Positions 59,765-64,000 of a stretch of 64,000 bases of DNA are shown one piece after another (the first letter of the stretch is position 1; each line of letters starts with the position of its first letter). The notes beneath the pieces are model-generated. The model saw only the letters and a list, made by a program, of their open reading frames with translations, ran no database searches and was not told the DNA's origin. The DNA is taken from positions 2,958,146 to 3,022,145 of the forward strand of contig OZ244226.1 in assembly GCA_965217035.1 (NCBI GenBank), read 5' to 3'. A program made the position numbers and the translations under genes. Origin of the DNA: Bacteriovoracaceae bacterium. GTDB taxonomy: Bacteria; Bdellovibrionota; Bacteriovoracia; Bacteriovoracales; Bacteriovoracaceae.

Positions 59765-60169
59765 ATGGAATATATGAAAACTCTTATGTTTTTGCTCTGT
59801 ATTCCTTGCGGCGGGACTAGCTCGAATTATCAATATCATTCTGCTGAAAAACAAGATTTTAATCGTGACGTTAATCCTAAATCGATGCCAGATAATCCTG
59901 ATTTGAGTTATGATATTACTCTTTTGAATCGTGATTATCCAACAATCTATCGAGACAATGCTTGGTATCATGATTTACCAAATCTTGACTCAGGAAAGGG
60001 AACTTGGAAACATAAAAGTGGAAAGCTTGTTTTACAAGCGAAGCGAGATCTCTCCAATATGGAAATCGATATTCTTGCAATTGAAGAAAATGCTGATGAT
60101 GTCGTTCTTGAATTTATAGATCGCCATGGACAAGAAATTCTTGAAGTTGAAAAAATGAATTTTAAATAA
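59765..60169 (+). CDS. Hypothetical protein
   Basis: 134 aa ORF directly upstream of the MoxR gene. Confidence 0.55.
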   Translation: MEYMKTLMFLLCIPCGGTSSNYQYHSAEKQDFNRDVNPKSMPDNPDLSYDITLLNRDYPTIYRDNAWYHDLPNLDSGKGTWKHKSGKLVLQAKRDLSNMEIDILAIEENADDVVLEFIDRHGQEILEVEKMNFK

Positions 60170-60177
60170 GGCCTATT

Positions 60178-61131
60178 TTGGAATCACTCGACCAACGTTT
60201 CACGAAGAACCTTCATCCTAAAATAAAATCAATCTTAGATCATTCGAAAGATTATCTTAAAGGTGAGAAGGATCATCTTTTCAAGGCCCTTTGCTGTTTT
60301 TTTAGTTCAGGCCATCTTTTGATTGAAGATGTTCCTGGAGTTGGTAAGACAACAATGGTGAAGTATCTTGGAAAAGTTTTAGGTTTAGAGTTAAGTCGAA
60401 TCCAATTTACGAATGACCTCCTGCCGACTGATATTATAGGTTCAAGTGTCTTTTCTAAAACAGATGAGAAGTTTCACTTTATTCCTGGTCCGTTATTCGG
60501 AGAAATTGTTCTTGCTGATGAGTTGAATCGAGCAACTCCGAAGACTCAAAGTGCTCTTCTTCAATCGATGGAAGAAAGAAAAATTAATGCTGATGGACAA
60601 GAGCATAAACTTCCCGATGATTATTTTGTCGTTGCGACCCAAAACCCCCACGGGCAAATGGGAACTTTTCCTTTACCTGAGTCTCAAATTGATCGCTTTA
60701 TGATGAAACTCTCTTTGGGATACTTAAATGAAGAAGAAAGTATCGAACTTTTTGAAGGAGGAAATCCTGCTCAAGCGATTGAGTCTTTATCGAACTTGAT
60801 AAGTAAAACAGAGATCATTGAAATAAAGTCTTCAATCGAAAAAACGCATTGTTCAAAAAGTTTATTGAGTTATATTTATCGACTCTTAGAAGCTTCGCGG
60901 TTTCAAAATGGAATGATTCCGTTAAGCACTCGTTGCGGCATGGATTTAACAGCCATTTCAAAGACAATTGCCTTCTTTTATGGCAGAGACTATGTCATGC
61001 CCGAGGATGTTCAAGAAGTTTTTGTTTTTATTGCTGGACATAGACTCGCTATCAATCAAAGTGGGGGAAGAGATTATGAACTTAGCCTCGCCAAAAAAAT
61101 CCTTGATGAAGTCTCAATTAGAGAGACTTGA
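60178..61131 (+). CDS. MoxR family AAA+ ATPase
   Basis: HLLIEDVPGVGKT, RIQFTNDLLPTD, LADELNRATPKTQSALL, ATQNP, PLPESQIDRF. Confidence 0.95.
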   Translation: MESLDQRFTKNLHPKIKSILDHSKDYLKGEKDHLFKALCCFFSSGHLLIEDVPGVGKTTMVKYLGKVLGLELSRIQFTNDLLPTDIIGSSVFSKTDEKFHFIPGPLFGEIVLADELNRATPKTQSALLQSMEERKINADGQEHKLPDDYFVVATQNPHGQMGTFPLPESQIDRFMMKLSLGYLNEEESIELFEGGNPAQAIESLSNLISKTEIIEIKSSIEKTHCSKSLLSYIYRLLEASRFQNGMIPLSTRCGMDLTAISKTIAFFYGRDYVMPEDVQEVFVFIAGHRLAINQSGGRDYELSLAKKILDEVSIRET

Positions 61132-62008
61132 TCAATTAACTTCAAGGCGAAATTCTCGAGTTTATATTTTACCTAACAAACAAGGGTATTTTTTCCTTCT
61201 ATCCACCTTTGTTCTTTTTAATATTGGCAATATTTATGGAAATAATATTGTTCTTCTCTTGAGTTTTCTTATGATCAGTCTAAGTGTCGTTAGTATGATT
61301 CTTACTCATTTAAATATGAAGCATCTCACTATCGATCTTATTAACATCAGATCTCAGTTTGCAGATGAGAAAAACCATATTCAAATCAAGATGACTAATG
61401 AGTCAAATAGAATTATTGATGATTTAAATCTTGAATTTGGAACTAATTATAATTTTAAGATTGAATTAGAGAAAATCGCAAAAAGAAAAAGTGATAATAA
61501 GCCACTTTTGATTTCTCCTGGTCGCGGTTATTATCCAATTGATAAAATTAAACTCTCAACGAGGTCTCCCTCGCAACTCTTTTATGCTTGGAAATTTTTA
61601 GGGAATAAAATCGACTTTTATATTTATCCTGAACGCTCTAAGGCAGGTTTTTCTCAAAATATAATTAAGCTTGTAGATCAAGAACATGAACTTAGCCGAG
61701 ATGAGTTTCAAACTCATAAAGAATACCAAAGAGGGCTTCCTAGCCGGAATATTGATTGGAAAATTTATGGGAAGACAGACCAATTACTTTGGAAAGAGTT
61801 TAACGGTTCAGAAGTTGAAAGTTATGTTTTCTCATTTGATGATTTGGAAGGGAGCGTTGAAGAACGTCTAAGTCTCTTAGCTTTTTTTATTGATAAGGTT
61901 TTTCAAGAAAGACAAGCATGGACTTTGATTATAAATAATGAAACCTATGGCGCGAGTAGCTCTTATGAGCATTACAAGAAATGTCTTGAGGTCCTCGCAT
62001 GTTATTAA
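61076..62008 (+). CDS. DUF58 domain protein
   Basis: VYILPNKQG, YGNN, RGYY, EYQRG..RNIDWK; start 61076 or 61106. Confidence 0.85.
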   Translation: MNLASPKKSLMKSQLERLDQLTSRRNSRVYILPNKQGYFFLLSTFVLFNIGNIYGNNIVLLLSFLMISLSVVSMILTHLNMKHLTIDLINIRSQFADEKNHIQIKMTNESNRIIDDLNLEFGTNYNFKIELEKIAKRKSDNKPLLISPGRGYYPIDKIKLSTRSPSQLFYAWKFLGNKIDFYIYPERSKAGFSQNIIKLVDQEHELSRDEFQTHKEYQRGLPSRNIDWKIYGKTDQLLWKEFNGSEVESYVFSFDDLEGSVEERLSLLAFFIDKVFQERQAWTLIINNETYGASSSYEHYKKCLEVLACY

Positions 62009-63909
62009 AGCTTTTCAAAGTTTTTTTAATCCCTGTAAATGTGTTGAAAGCTATTTTCTTAATCGTTCTATCCTTCCTCTTGATTGAAGTTGAACCTCTT
62101 TTTATTTATATTTCTTTTTCGATTCTTTTTCTTTCTCCTGTTTTTAAAAATCTTCCAAGATCTTTGAATAATATTTTTCTTATTCTTATTACAAGTTATC
62201 TCGCATTTTATTTTCAATTTGAGCTTCATCCCGAATCTGCAATTAGCTTTTTTCTAATTTTAACTGCTTTTAAGTTTACTCAGATTCAAGAAAGAAGAGA
62301 TTTTGAATTTTTATTACATTGTCTTTTTATAGTCATAGGGGGAGGAGCACTCTTCAATAAAGAAATTTATTTTATTATATTTTCTTTTATGAGCATTCCT
62401 TTTTTGTTTTTTCTTTTTCAATTGAAAGATTATCGAGCACATGATGGCTTAAATAAAGATAACCTTATTAATATTTTAAAAATTTTTTTTATGGCAAGTC
62501 CTTTGATTGCTTCATTGTTTATATTTTTCCCTCGTTATAGATATTTTTTTCCAAGTTTAGGCTCTGATAACACCGGTAAAATAGGTTATACCCAGACCTT
62601 AGAAAATAACTCGATATCTTCCTTGCGGCTTAATGGAGTCGCTGCTCTAAGAGTTTTTACTGATAAAGAATTAGCTACTTCTGACCTGTACTGGAGAGGA
62701 AGAGTTTTTACTAAGACAGATGGTTTTAATTGGAAATATGACAGGACAATAAGATCACGAAAAATCTCTGAACCAAGTGGAAAAGGTTTTTTTAAGGCGA
62801 TTTATCAACCTCTCCAAAATTTTCATGGAGACCTTATTGTTAAAGATTGGCCAACTCGATTAATAGGAGAAGATTTCATTGCTAAATACAATACTTCATT
62901 TCAAACTTATTCGACTTATTTTAAAAATAATAAAAAGCAATATACTGCTTGGTCTGGTGAGAGCTTTACGCCTCTCGAACATACTAAGAAATACTTACAA
63001 TTACCTTTATTAGATAAAGATTTAGAAGAATCCTTGCCTCCAATTATTGAACAATCATTCGAAAATATTGTCTTATCTCTTAAAAGATGGATAGACCAAG
63101 AAGGCTTTGTTTATAGCTTGTCTCCAGGGAAGATGAAAGATCTTCAAGATTTTATTGAAAATAAAAAAGGATATTGTACTCATTATGCTGCTTTGTTAGC
63201 TCTATATTTAAGAATGCACCAAATCCCAAGTCGTATCGTTTCTGGTTTTCAAGGAGGAGATTATAATAATCTTGGAAAGTATTATCTTATCCGCTCTAAT
63301 GATGCTCATACCTGGGTTGAAGCTTTCGTTGATAAAAGCTGGAGAAGAATTGATCCAACAAGTTGGGTTGCTCCGGATAGAATTCTTGTCGGAGGACAAA
63401 AATATCTATCTCCCTATCCTTTTGCAAATAGTCTTAAAAGCTTATTAGGATTCGAGTTTAAAAGTTCTCGACTTTTAGCAAATTATTATAACTTTCAAAA
63501 ATACATTGACTATATTAATTCTCAAGTGAATCGTTTCTTTAATAATTTTAATCTTGAAGCGCAAAAAATGTTGGCAGAAAAACTTAATTTGAATTTAAGA
63601 TTGTTTTTCAGCCTCGTTTTAATTCTTCCAATATTCTTTGTACTCTTATACTTTTTGATCTTAAATCTTAATTTAAGAAGAATTAATAAATGGGAAAAAG
63701 TTCATAGATTGATGAATAAGGTTTTGGCTAAAAACGGATTTCATTGGAAATCGAATGAAGGAATTGAAGTTCTTTTAAGTAGACTTAACGGGCACCCAAA
63801 AGAGTCAGTTATTAAAAAGTCTTTAGATCTCTATATTTCACTTCGTTATCAGAGCTTAGAGAGTGATTCATCCTTTAAGAAGTTGAAATCATTGCTTCGG
63901 CAAATTTAA
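61999..63909 (+). CDS. TgpA-like transglutaminase (DUF3488 membrane domain + TGase)
   Basis: N-terminal TMs, FIFFPR, LYWRG, GYCTHYA, RIVSGFQGG, DAHTWVE, IDPT. Confidence 0.92.
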   Translation: MLLKLFKVFLIPVNVLKAIFLIVLSFLLIEVEPLFIYISFSILFLSPVFKNLPRSLNNIFLILITSYLAFYFQFELHPESAISFFLILTAFKFTQIQERRDFEFLLHCLFIVIGGGALFNKEIYFIIFSFMSIPFLFFLFQLKDYRAHDGLNKDNLINILKIFFMASPLIASLFIFFPRYRYFFPSLGSDNTGKIGYTQTLENNSISSLRLNGVAALRVFTDKELATSDLYWRGRVFTKTDGFNWKYDRTIRSRKISEPSGKGFFKAIYQPLQNFHGDLIVKDWPTRLIGEDFIAKYNTSFQTYSTYFKNNKKQYTAWSGESFTPLEHTKKYLQLPLLDKDLEESLPPIIEQSFENIVLSLKRWIDQEGFVYSLSPGKMKDLQDFIENKKGYCTHYAALLALYLRMHQIPSRIVSGFQGGDYNNLGKYYLIRSNDAHTWVEAFVDKSWRRIDPTSWVAPDRILVGGQKYLSPYPFANSLKSLLGFEFKSSRLLANYYNFQKYIDYINSQVNRFFNNFNLEAQKMLAEKLNLNLRLFFSLVLILPIFFVLLYFLILNLNLRRINKWEKVHRLMNKVLAKNGFHWKSNEGIEVLLSRLNGHPKESVIKKSLDLYISLRYQSLESDSSFKKLKSLLRQI

Positions 63910-64000
63910 CCTTTCCGTTTTAAATTATTAGTTTTACGAGGTAAATCCGATAAGATATTGATGGAAAAAAGAGTCAAGAATCATTATCCTCCACCCGAGT

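Noticed and set aside
60178..63909. MoxR-DUF58-transglutaminase as a novel system
   Set aside because: Well-known, widespread gene triad
1..64000. tRNA/rRNA genes and the many short antisense ORFs in the track
   Set aside because: No tRNA or rRNA signatures seen by eye; the short ORFs overlap well-supported genes

Overview
AT-rich bacterial chromosome segment whose gene content suggests a predatory Bdellovibrionota (Bacteriovoracaceae/Halobacteriovorax-like) organism; this taxonomy is inferred, not proven. Positions 1-8.2 kb hold a type II secretion cluster (gspC-D-E-F-G plus pseudopilins, minus strand). Housekeeping genes follow (glnA type III, topA, rpmE, rpsU, prc, methylmalonyl-CoA mutase/meaB, thyA-folA, namZ, exbBD, mutM, MoxR-DUF58-transglutaminase), mixed with many secreted proteases and lipoproteins. 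The clearest accessory element is a ~4.9 kb island (51839-56775) bounded by a 35-bp direct repeat that contains the mutM start codon and RBS. It carries an IS3-truncated tyrosine integrase, two divergent HEPN-like genes and a membrane protein, making it a candidate anti-phage island. Sequence clues suggest a second, older element stacked in tandem at the same site (to ~59023). Other notable items: a 6S-like rod-shaped RNA candidate (26858-27003), a receiver/13-aa-repeat/PilZ-like protein paired with a receiver-TPR protein behind a sigma28-like promoter, a mutase with a fused small-subunit remnant, a secreted stand-alone homolog of the long-PhhA C-terminal domain, and an ERIC/RPE-like palindrome. 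No rRNA, tRNA or CRISPR array was seen. All family assignments come from motif recognition by eye, with no database searches.
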